From assembly GCA_046583095.1 (NCBI GenBank), contig JAYGDB010000048.1, forward strand, positions 18,865 through 82,864: a stretch of DNA of 64,000 nt. The letters run 5' to 3'. Under the pieces are notes generated by a model. That model made no database searches, was not told the DNA's origin, and worked only from the letters and a program-made list of their open reading frames with translations. The position numbers were made by a program, and so were the translations under genes. The DNA comes from Myxococcota bacterium (GTDB taxonomy: Bacteria > Myxococcota_A > UBA9160 > UBA4427). Positions 27,445 to 35,502 of this stretch are shown here, in pieces (within the stretch, counting starts at the first letter, position 1; each line of letters opens with the position of its first letter).

Positions 27445-28857
27445 GTGATCGCCCGAACCAACTCGACGATGCCCGGAACGGCCGTGGCGCGGCACCCGGC
27501 CAGATTCTCCTGCATGGCAGCGCTGCTGGCCGCCGGCCTGCTCGCCACGCCCGCGCAAGCCCAACAAATCGTCGACCTCGAGAGTTCCGAAGGCACGATC
27601 TCGGTGCAGCTCTACCAGAACGTCAACCTGGCTCCCTTCGTGAACGCCTTCGCGACACACTACACGGGGCCCCCCGGCGGCTTCGTCTTCCACAGGAGCG
27701 ACAAAGACCCGTGCGACCTGGGCTCGTGTGCGTGCATCTCTTTCGACTGCACGGGCTGCCAGGACCTGCTGGAGCCGCTCTTCCGGTGCGACGACGAAGA
27801 GCCCGCCGTGTGCTCCTGCTCGGACCCGATGACGACCCCGGCGTTCGAGTGCACCCTGAACGAAGGGACAACGATGCAATGCCCGGTTTCCGCCGTGGCC
27901 AATCCGAATCTCGCGACCTGCACCTGCGCGGACGATTCGGAGCCAGCGTTCGCCTGCGAAGACGAATCGGCTCCGCCCGGGGCCTGCCTGGAGGTCGACC
28001 TCAACGCGCCGTCCCCGGCCCTCTACCTGGGGTTGTATCGAGTCGACAACGGCGGCGACGTGGTGCCCATCTCCGACTACATCCCGAGCGCGCACCAGAA
28101 CGACTCCGGGATCTTCATGAACGAGCCAATGACCCTCGCCTTCGTCCGGGACGCCTCGACCGGGCTCATCACCTCCGAGGTGGTCATCAACGTCGAAGAC
28201 AACACAGACCCGTTCGACGGAGCCACCGGAACAGGCTCCGACGCCTACATGGTCTTCGGCGAGGTGGTCGGCGGGCAGAACGTGGTCGACAACATCTCCC
28301 GCCTGCCCACGCTCGATCTCTCCGTGCAGGTCGACGACGGCGAAATGCCACCCAGCGAGATCTTCCTGACCTGCTCGGACCAGCCGGTACCGCTTCCCTC
28401 CTGGATCCGCGGAATCCCGGACGCAATTCGTTGCGACATGAACGACCCCTGGGATCGGTTCCCGCTCATCGACCTCACCGGAGCAGACCCGCTGCCGCGG
28501 ATCAACGGCTGCATGCCCGGGGATGCCGACTGCCAACTCCCGATCTGCATGGTGACCGGGCTCGTCGAGGGCTGCGACGTTCCGTCTTGTCCCGAGATCG
28601 CGGCCTTTGACGGTGTCGACCGCTGCACCGCCCCGCTGCTCCCGGAATGCCTCGAACCCGGCCAGCTCGTCGGTCAGATCACGCCGTGCCTCGACCCGGC
28701 CTGCGACGATACCTTCGACGACTCGGGAACCCTGCGCTGCAGCGAGCCCCTGGGGCCGAACTTCCCGGTGCCGGAGCCGGCCCCTGCCAGCCTGGCTGCG
28801 GCAGCACTCGCAACGCTGGCCGCGCTCCGCCGCCTGCGCCGCCTGCGCCGCGCCTAG
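27445..28857 (+). CDS. secreted cyclophilin-type PPIase homologue with Cys-rich insertion, Cys-rich C-domain and PEP-CTERM sorting tail
   Basis: Signal peptide ..TPAQA|QQ. Cyclophilin blocks are SSEGTISVQLY..APFVNAF..FVFHR, then after the insert YRVDNGGD, MTLAFVRD, SEVVINVEDN and YMVFGEVVGGQNVVDNI. C-terminus is VPEPAPASLAAAALATLAALRRLRRLRRA. Confidence 0.75.
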   Translation: MIARTNSTMPGTAVARHPARFSCMAALLAAGLLATPAQAQQIVDLESSEGTISVQLYQNVNLAPFVNAFATHYTGPPGGFVFHRSDKDPCDLGSCACISFDCTGCQDLLEPLFRCDDEEPAVCSCSDPMTTPAFECTLNEGTTMQCPVSAVANPNLATCTCADDSEPAFACEDESAPPGACLEVDLNAPSPALYLGLYRVDNGGDVVPISDYIPSAHQNDSGIFMNEPMTLAFVRDASTGLITSEVVINVEDNTDPFDGATGTGSDAYMVFGEVVGGQNVVDNISRLPTLDLSVQVDDGEMPPSEIFLTCSDQPVPLPSWIRGIPDAIRCDMNDPWDRFPLIDLTGADPLPRINGCMPGDADCQLPICMVTGLVEGCDVPSCPEIAAFDGVDRCTAPLLPECLEPGQLVGQITPCLDPACDDTFDDSGTLRCSEPLGPNFPVPEPAPASLAAAALATLAALRRLRRLRRA

Positions 28858-29750
28858 CGGGGAAGTCCCAGGATCCGCTCCGCATCCGTCGTCGTGGCGA
28901 CCGGAACCCCCACCTCTTCACACAACTCTACGCTGCGGGCGACGATCTCCTGATTGGTGGGCTTGTCGCTTCCCATGTAATCCTCGAGACCGACGTGCAG
29001 GTGCCCCCCGCGCTCGAGAGCGTGTCGCGCAAGGCCCTGCTCGAAGACGTCGCCACCGAGGACCCCCACCGACCAGGGAAGCTCGCTGTCCCCGAGCAGT
29101 TCGAGATACACGTCGAGGCCCCAGGGCGTTGCCGGCAGACCGAAGCTCACGCCCTTGTGGCCCTGCCCCATGTAGCCGTAGTCGCCGCCCATGTAGAACT
29201 TGATCAGCGATCCCGCCGGCAGGCGACCCGCCTGGTGGTACGCGAGCGCGTGCCGCAGAAAACCCGGCTCGAAGATCGCGATGCTCGGCCCGAGCCGGAG
29301 CGAGTGGTGGAGATCGAAGGCCCAGCGGATCTCGGCCGGGGTATTCGCGTAGGCGAAGTCGATCGGGAGCGGCACACCGTCCGCGTCGGCGCCTCCGAGG
29401 TTGACCGAGCCCGGATCGACGAAGCCGATCCGCAGGTTCACCGCCTGCGCGACGATCTCCAGGTGGGCGTACCTCTCCTGCACCGTCGCCCCGAAGCCCA
29501 GGGTCGGATAGACCAGCGCATCGGAACGCTGCGCCAAGATCGGACGCATGTGCTCGAGATACGCGGCCGCGGCTTGCTCTCCGGGCACCATGATGTCCGC
29601 GATGTGGGTGTGCACGATGCAGGCACCAGCCTCGATGCACGCGAGCGCACACTCGGTGATCTCCGCGGAACTGCGGGGCACGTTCGGATTCGTTTCCTTG
29701 GACGTCTGGCCGTTCAGGGCCACTTCGATCATCGCGGGTGAGACTGTCAC
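28854..29750 (-). CDS. 3-keto-5-aminohexanoate cleavage enzyme family (BKACE/DUF849)
   Basis: MIEVALNG..NPNVP.SAEEI, ACIVHTHI (HxH Zn site) and GGHLHVGLED. Confidence 0.85.
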   Translation of the reverse strand: MTVSPAMIEVALNGQTSKETNPNVPRSSAEITECALACIEAGACIVHTHIADIMVPGEQAAAAYLEHMRPILAQRSDALVYPTLGFGATVQERYAHLEIVAQAVNLRIGFVDPGSVNLGGADADGVPLPIDFAYANTPAEIRWAFDLHHSLRLGPSIAIFEPGFLRHALAYHQAGRLPAGSLIKFYMGGDYGYMGQGHKGVSFGLPATPWGLDVYLELLGDSELPWSVGVLGGDVFEQGLARHALERGGHLHVGLEDYMGSDKPTNQEIVARSVELCEEVGVPVATTTDAERILGLPR

Positions 29751-29862
29751 TCGGCTTCCTCCTAGTTTGGCAGTCTACTCCGCTGGGGTTTGACCTTTGT
29801 GGGGGGCGCGCTAGAACGTGTTCCACTCGCGCGCACCTGGGCGTCTCTGAACAGGATTCAAC

Positions 29863-31038
29863 ATGTACATCGACTACACGCCCGAGCAGAAGGCCCTGCG
29901 AGAAGAGCTGCGCTCGTACTTCGCGAAGCTGCTGACCCCCGAGCGCCGCGCCGGACTCCGCGGAATGGAAGGCGGCCCGACGTATCGGGAAACCGTCCGG
30001 CAAATGGGCAAGGACGGCTGGCTGGGTGTCGGCTGGCCCGAGGAGTACGGCGGCCAGGGACGCACGGCCCTCGAGCAGTTCATCTTCATCGACGAGGTGC
30101 GGCGCTGCGGAGCCCCGCTGCCCTTCGTCACCTTGAGCACGGTCGGCCCGGCCCTGATGGAGTTGGGGAGCGAAGAGCAGAAGGCCGAGTACCTGCCAAA
30201 GATCCTCGCGGGCGAAATCCACTTCGCCATCGGCTACACGGAGCCCGAGGCCGGAACCGACCTCGCCTCGCTCACGATGTCCGCGGTCAAGGACGGCGAC
30301 GCGTACGTGATCAACGGGACGAAGATCTTCACCAGCGGCGCCAACATCGCCGACTACATCTGGCTGGCGGCCCGCACGAACAGCGAAGGCAAGAAGCACC
30401 ACGGCATCACGATCTTCATCCTCGATACGAAGGATCCGGGCTTCAGCTCTTCACTGATCCATACGCTCGGTAACGGCGCCACCTGCATGAGCTACTACGA
30501 GAACTGCCGGGTGCCGGAACGCAACATCGTGGGCGGCCTGAACGGCGGCTGGCGACTCATCACCACCCAACTCAACCACGAGCGGGTGGGACTCGCAGCC
30601 TTCGGCGCCCTCTCCCTCAAGCACCTCGACGACGTCGTCGCCTGGGCGAACGAAACCGAGGGCGAAGACCGCCGCCCGGTTTCGGAAAGGCCCTGGGTAC
30701 AGATCGCGCTGGGCGAGGCGAAGGCACGTCTCGAGGCGATGAAGCTCATGAACTGGCGGATGGCCTGGCAACTCGAACAGGGCAGTCTCGATCCCGCCCA
30801 GGCCTCGGCCGTCAAGGTCTACGGCACCGAGACGGTCGTCGAGGTCTACCGGTTGCTGCTGGACGTGGTCGGGAGCGCCGGCACGATCGTCGCGGGCTCC
30901 CCGGGTGCCATCCTGCAAGGTGACCTCGAGGTGAACTACCGAGCCTGCCAGATCAACACCTTCGGGGGCGGCGTGAACGAGGTCCAGCGCGAGATCGTCT
31001 CGATGGCCGGCCTTCGCATGCCGCGCGTGCCGCGGTAG
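29863..31038 (+). CDS. acyl-CoA dehydrogenase family protein (pair 2, first subunit)
   Basis: MYIDYTPEQKALREEL.., GYTEPEAGTDLASL and a C-terminal FGGGVNEVQREIVS. Confidence 0.9.
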   Translation: MYIDYTPEQKALREELRSYFAKLLTPERRAGLRGMEGGPTYRETVRQMGKDGWLGVGWPEEYGGQGRTALEQFIFIDEVRRCGAPLPFVTLSTVGPALMELGSEEQKAEYLPKILAGEIHFAIGYTEPEAGTDLASLTMSAVKDGDAYVINGTKIFTSGANIADYIWLAARTNSEGKKHHGITIFILDTKDPGFSSSLIHTLGNGATCMSYYENCRVPERNIVGGLNGGWRLITTQLNHERVGLAAFGALSLKHLDDVVAWANETEGEDRRPVSERPWVQIALGEAKARLEAMKLMNWRMAWQLEQGSLDPAQASAVKVYGTETVVEVYRLLLDVVGSAGTIVAGSPGAILQGDLEVNYRACQINTFGGGVNEVQREIVSMAGLRMPRVPR

Positions 31039-31046
31039 GAGAAGAG

Positions 31047-32177
31047 ATGGACTTCTCCTTCACGGAAGAGCAAGAAGCCGTTCGCGACCTCGCGCGCGAG
31101 ATCTTCAGCGACCACGCCGACCCCGAGCGAATTCGCGCGTGCGAGGCCTCGGTGGAGGGCATCGATCGCGAACTGTGGGATGCCCTTGCCAAGGCGAATC
31201 TCCTCGGCCTGGCCGTCTCCGAAGACCACGGTGGTTCGGGGATGGGCCTCTCCGAGGCCGCCCTGCTGCTCACCGAGCAGGGACGCAGCGTCGCCCAGGC
31301 CCCGTTGCTCGCCCACATCGTGATGGCGGGCATGCCGATCGCCGAATTCGGGAGCGACGCCCAGCGCGAGCGTTACCTGCCGAGAATGGCGACCGGCGAG
31401 GTGATCCTGACAGCGGCTCTCAACGAGTACGCGGCGGTCGACCCGGCCCGACCCCGCGTCAGCGCGAAACCCGACGGCGACGACTGGCTGCTCGAGGGCG
31501 AGAAGATCTGCGTACCCGCGGGCCACCTCGCCGAGCGCATCCTCGTCCCGGCGCGGACCGGTAACGACACGATCGGCGTCTTCCTGCTCGATCCCAGCGC
31601 AGAAGGCGTCACGATCGAGCGCCAGAAAGTGACCAACCACGAGGCCCAGGTGCAGCTCGTGCTCGCCGGCGCGCGTATCGACGGGGGCGACGTGTTGGGC
31701 GATCCCCGGGACGGTGAGGCGATCGTGCGCTGCATCGAGGAGCGGACCGCGATCGGCCTGTGCGCAATCCAGCTCGGCGTCGCAGAGGAAGCACTACGTC
31801 GCACCGCGGAGTACACCGGCATCCGAAAGCAGTTCGGTAAGGCGCTCGGCTCCTTCCAGGCCGTATCCCTGCGCGCCGCCGACGCCTACATCGACCTCGA
31901 GGCCATGCGCGCCACCCTGTGGCAGGCGCTGTGGCGACTGGATCAAGGCTTGCCCGCCGGGATCGAGGTCGGTGTGGCGAAGTGGTGGGCGTGCCGTGGG
32001 GGTCAGCGCGTCGTCCACACCGCACAGCACCTGCACGGCGGCATTGGCGCCGATATCGACTATCCGATCCACCGCTTCTTCCTGTGGGCGAAGCAGCTCG
32101 ATCTCTCCCTCGGCGGTGCCTCGGCCGAGCTTGCGAAGCTGGGCGCGCTGGTATCCCGAGCGAGCGCAGACGCCTGA
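31047..32177 (+). CDS. acyl-CoA dehydrogenase family protein (pair 2, second subunit)
   Basis: MDFSFTEEQEAVRDLA.., 8 nt after the previous ACAD. C-terminal HLHGGIGADIDYPIHRFFLWAK. Confidence 0.9.
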   Translation: MDFSFTEEQEAVRDLAREIFSDHADPERIRACEASVEGIDRELWDALAKANLLGLAVSEDHGGSGMGLSEAALLLTEQGRSVAQAPLLAHIVMAGMPIAEFGSDAQRERYLPRMATGEVILTAALNEYAAVDPARPRVSAKPDGDDWLLEGEKICVPAGHLAERILVPARTGNDTIGVFLLDPSAEGVTIERQKVTNHEAQVQLVLAGARIDGGDVLGDPRDGEAIVRCIEERTAIGLCAIQLGVAEEALRRTAEYTGIRKQFGKALGSFQAVSLRAADAYIDLEAMRATLWQALWRLDQGLPAGIEVGVAKWWACRGGQRVVHTAQHLHGGIGADIDYPIHRFFLWAKQLDLSLGGASAELAKLGALVSRASADA

Positions 32178-32194
32178 CTCGCTACAGTAGGCGC

Positions 32195-33352
32195 GTGCCC
32201 GTCGAGATCCGGATGCCCGAGCTCTCCTCCGACATCACCGAGGCAGATCTCGTTTCCTGGCTCGTGAAGCCCGGCGATCACGTCGAGGCCGGCGAGCTGA
32301 TCGCCGAACTCGAGACCGAGAAGTCGACGGTCGAGTTCGAATCCCCGGCCAGCGGCACGCTCGTCGAGATCCTCGTTCCCGAAGGCACGAACGGGGTCGA
32401 AGTGGGGACGGTGCTCGCGCTGTTCGAGCCGGACACGGGCGAGCCCGCCATCAGCGAGCCCGAAGCCGCGCCCGCCCCGATCCCCGAACCGCGTTCGGAG
32501 ATTCGGGCCACGGCCCTCGCACGACGCGCCGCCGAGCAAGCGGGTGTCGATCTCGATGCCATCACCGGCAGCGGCCAGGCCGGCCGGATCGTCAAGGCCG
32601 ATGTCCAGGCCGCGGCGGCTTCGGGCTCGGAGACACCCACCGCGGCATCCGCGCCGAGTCCGGTCGATTCGGAGGCGCCTCACACGTCGGTGCCTGTCTC
32701 GCGCATGCGACGGACGATTGCCGCTCGCCTGACCCAATCGAAACAGACGATTCCCCACTTCTACCTGAGCGTGGACTGCGAGATCGACCTGCTGCTCGGG
32801 ATGCGGACCCGCTTCAACGCCGAAGATCGCCACATCTCGGTGAACGACTTCGTGGTGCGAGCGGCAGCCCTCGCCCTCGTCGAGGTGCCCGATGCCAACG
32901 TGAGCTGGGCAGAAGACGCGCTGATCCGTTACGAGCGAGCGGACGTGGCCGTCGCGGTGGCGACCGAGGGGGGGCTCATCACCCCCGTGGTGCGCGAGGC
33001 CGACCGCAAGGAGCTCGTGACGATCTCGGAGGAGGTGCGCGACCTCGCCGCCCGCGCCCGCGAAGGCAAGCTCCACCCGCGCGAGTACCAGGGCGGGAGC
33101 CTCACCGTCTCGAACCTCGGCATGCACGGGATCGACAGCGTGTACCCCATCCTGAACCCGCCGCAGAGCTGCATCCTCGGAGTTGGCGCCGGGCGGCAGC
33201 AGCCCGTCGTCCGCAACGGAGAGCTGGCGATCGGGACCGTGATGACCTGCACGCTCGCCGCGGACCACCGCGCGCTCGACGGCATCGCCGGCGCGCGGCT
33301 GCTCGCCGCAGTCAAGCAACACCTGGAAGATCCTCGCCGGATGCTGCTGTGA
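32195..33352 (+). CDS. 2-oxoacid dehydrogenase E2 component (dihydrolipoamide acyltransferase)
   Basis: Lipoyl domain IRMPELSSDITEADLVSWLVKPGD..ELETEKSTVEFESPASG, an Ala/Pro linker, an E3-binding-like segment, and a catalytic domain with DHRALDG. GTG 32195 chosen; ATG 32213 is the alternative. Confidence 0.88.
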   Translation: MPVEIRMPELSSDITEADLVSWLVKPGDHVEAGELIAELETEKSTVEFESPASGTLVEILVPEGTNGVEVGTVLALFEPDTGEPAISEPEAAPAPIPEPRSEIRATALARRAAEQAGVDLDAITGSGQAGRIVKADVQAAAASGSETPTAASAPSPVDSEAPHTSVPVSRMRRTIAARLTQSKQTIPHFYLSVDCEIDLLLGMRTRFNAEDRHISVNDFVVRAAALALVEVPDANVSWAEDALIRYERADVAVAVATEGGLITPVVREADRKELVTISEEVRDLAARAREGKLHPREYQGGSLTVSNLGMHGIDSVYPILNPPQSCILGVGAGRQQPVVRNGELAIGTVMTCTLAADHRALDGIAGARLLAAVKQHLEDPRRMLL

Positions 33353-33360
33353 GCCGTTGA

Positions 33361-33378
33361 CGCGGGCCCGGACCCGCG
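33361..33378. terminator. 6-bp GC hairpin between convergent E2 and apbE
   Basis: cgcggg-cccgga-cccgcg. Confidence 0.35.
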
Positions 33379-33386
33379 ACCGGCGA

Positions 33387-34412
33387 TCACCCGCAGGTCG
33401 CCCGTTGCCAACCCGACGTCTGCCAGCTCGATCGGTCGTCCCGAAACACCCGGGCCTCCGCGTTCTCGCCTGCCAGAACGTCGCGGCCTTCTTCCTCGGA
33501 CAAGACCAGCAGCGCGGTGCTGAGTGCCTCGGCGAGCGTCGCGTCGCGTGCCACGACGATCGCCCGCCGGGCTTCACTGATCGCGAGACCGCTGCGCGGA
33601 TCGACGACGTGGCTGTAGCGACGGCCGCCGATCTCGCTCGAACTGCCAAGGCTCGACGAAACCGAGAGCGCCTGGTCGCAGAGTTCGATCACGGCGAGAA
33701 CGCCGCCCTCGTCGTCCTGAACGGCGAGACGCCAGGCCGGAGCGTCCGCGGGTGCGCCCAGCGCCCAGACGCTGCTCTGCCCGAAGCTCAGCAGACCGCG
33801 GTGGAAGCCGGCTGCACGCAGGTCCACCGCGACCGCGTCGAGCGCAAAGCCCTTCGCGATGCCGCCCAGATCGACGGCCATGCCGGCTTCGACGAGCCGA
33901 GCCCGGTGGCCCGGGCGAGAGGAGCCGAGAATGACCGGGCGCCCGACCAGCCCAGCCGCCGCCGCGATCTCCGTCTCGTCCGGAGCGACGCCTCGCTCCG
34001 CGGCCCGCGTCCACAGTTCGACCAGCGGGCCAACACTCACGTCGAAGGCGCCGCGTGAAGAGCGGCGAGCCTCTTCGGCACGCGCCAGCAAGGCGTGCAC
34101 CCGGGGGTCGATCTCGACGTCCTCCCGTCCGGCGCCTGCATTCAGCCGCCGGACGTCACTCCCCTCGACGTAGCGGCTCGCGACACGCTCGAGCGTGGAG
34201 ACCGAGTCGAATGCCGCCGTGAGTGCCTCGCGGGCGCTCTCCTCTTCACCGGGCCGCACCAGCAGCGCGAGGTCGAGAAGCGTGCCCATCACCAGCCGGC
34301 CGTCCTCGACGGGCACGGCCTCGGTGGGCCCCGCGCAGCCGAGGATCCAGACCGCGCACAGCCAGACCCGGACGTCAGCTCTCGGGTTCGGAAAGCGTCG
34401 AAGGATCCTCAT
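33387..34412 (-). CDS. apbE: FAD:protein FMN transferase (ApbE family), lipoprotein
   Basis: Lipobox WILGC, then VMGTLLDLAL, DVSVGPLVELW, DLGGIAKGFALD and HVVDPRSG. ATG 34412 overlaps the upstream gene by 38 nt; GTG 34373 is an alternative start. Confidence 0.9.
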   Translation of the reverse strand: MRILRRFPNPRADVRVWLCAVWILGCAGPTEAVPVEDGRLVMGTLLDLALLVRPGEEESAREALTAAFDSVSTLERVASRYVEGSDVRRLNAGAGREDVEIDPRVHALLARAEEARRSSRGAFDVSVGPLVELWTRAAERGVAPDETEIAAAAGLVGRPVILGSSRPGHRARLVEAGMAVDLGGIAKGFALDAVAVDLRAAGFHRGLLSFGQSSVWALGAPADAPAWRLAVQDDEGGVLAVIELCDQALSVSSSLGSSSEIGGRRYSHVVDPRSGLAISEARRAIVVARDATLAEALSTALLVLSEEEGRDVLAGENAEARVFRDDRSSWQTSGWQRATCG

Positions 34413-34926
34413 CGTCCAGCGGCTCCCATCCCTCGCCCTCGAAGTTCTCCTGGGAGCCCGTGAAGACGGACCACACCGAGACGACGACCAACACCGCCAG
34501 GCTGCCCTGCAACAGCAGGAAGCCCGCCACCTTCACGATCGCGAACGCCTCGCCCCCATAGCGAACCATCCAGCTCGCTCCTTCGTCCAGCAGCCCGGCG
34601 AAAAAAGGCACCGAGATCAGCCATGCCTTCGCGCGGCCCGAGAGGGGCACGAAGAGCATCAGGTGAGTCATCACGAGCAGCAACATGCCGATCGCAAACA
34701 GGTGGAAGTGCGAAACCTCGAGCAGTCCCTGGTAGGTGCGGGGCGAGGTGAACTGCTCGGGAGCACCGAGGTAGTACGCGGCGACCGAGGACGGAGCCAG
34801 CGTCATCTTGTTGAAGTAGAGAAGTCCGTTCGTCAGCCACAGAATGCCGACGTAGACCGAGTAGATCAGTACGATCACCTGCAGCAGGCGATTGCGCGAC
34901 CATTCTCCCGTTACGACCCAACGCAA
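34375..34926 (-). CDS. 4-TM membrane protein with His cluster in TM2 and acidic C-tail, unknown family
   Basis: 183 aa with four hydrophobic spans, LLEVSHFHLFAIGMLLLVMTHLMLF, and a tail GEGWEPLDDEDPSTLSEPES. Tightly packed between the FMN-binding gene and apbE. Confidence 0.7.
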   Translation of the reverse strand: MRWVVTGEWSRNRLLQVIVLIYSVYVGILWLTNGLLYFNKMTLAPSSVAAYYLGAPEQFTSPRTYQGLLEVSHFHLFAIGMLLLVMTHLMLFVPLSGRAKAWLISVPFFAGLLDEGASWMVRYGGEAFAIVKVAGFLLLQGSLAVLVVVSVWSVFTGSQENFEGEGWEPLDDEDPSTLSEPES

Positions 34927-34929
34927 GCT

Positions 34930-35502
34930 TCAGTCCCCCGAACCGATCAGGACCGTATGGTAGGCCAGCGCCCGCCGGATCCCGTCTGTTGCGACACGCG
35001 TAGAGAGGGTCGCGTTCACGACCCCGTGCACGTCGCTGCCAACCCGCAGCCGATCCTGCGCGGTCTTGCCCGCAAACTGTGCGTACCACTTTTCCGAAGG
35101 CAGGTAGTCGAGGGGCTCGTGGAACGCGAGGATACGAACCGATCGAACGTCGCCCTCGGGGCCCAGGACCACCATCAACGCAGCCGGATGGGTTCGCACC
35201 GTGTGGACGTCGATGTGCGCATAGCCCAGCACCTCGTCGCCCCGGTACGCGGTGAAGATCGTCACGAGCTTCGACTCGAGCTTGGCGCGGCCGGCCTGCT
35301 GGATCGCTTCGACCTGCTCGGGGGTCAAGAGGGTCGTCTTCTTGTCGACCCGATCGGCGTCCGGGAACGCGAGGGAGATGGCCTCCTGACGCGAGTGGAA
35401 GACCTTGGCGTGGGCCGGTAGCGCGCACAGCGAGAGCACGGCGAGGGCGACGAGAACGAGACCGCCTGCAGCCACACGGCGAGCCGGCTCGTCAGAAGAC
35501 AA
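34930..35502 (-). CDS. FMN-binding domain protein (exported/anchored), probable ApbE substrate
   Basis: Signal/anchor VLVALAVLSLCALPAHA. The FMN_bind-like C-terminus DVHGVVNATLSTRV resembles the (S/T)GA(T/S) flavinylation site. Confidence 0.75.
   Translation of the reverse strand: MSSDEPARRVAAGGLVLVALAVLSLCALPAHAKVFHSRQEAISLAFPDADRVDKKTTLLTPEQVEAIQQAGRAKLESKLVTIFTAYRGDEVLGYAHIDVHTVRTHPAALMVVLGPEGDVRSVRILAFHEPLDYLPSEKWYAQFAGKTAQDRLRVGSDVHGVVNATLSTRVATDGIRRALAYHTVLIGSGD

Noticed and set aside
28770-28857. Reading the C-terminal tail of the cyclophilin-like protein as a GlyGly-CTERM (rhombosortase) signal, because of the adjacent rhomboid.
   Set aside because: The motif preceding the TM helix is clearly V-P-E-P, not G-G, so the tail is PEP-CTERM type. 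The rhomboid link is kept only as a hypothesis.
34375-34412. The 38-nt overlap between the 4-TM gene and apbE as evidence of frameshifting or gene fusion.
   Set aside because: It is more simply explained by start-codon choice: GTG 34373 gives a normal lipoprotein signal and no overlap.
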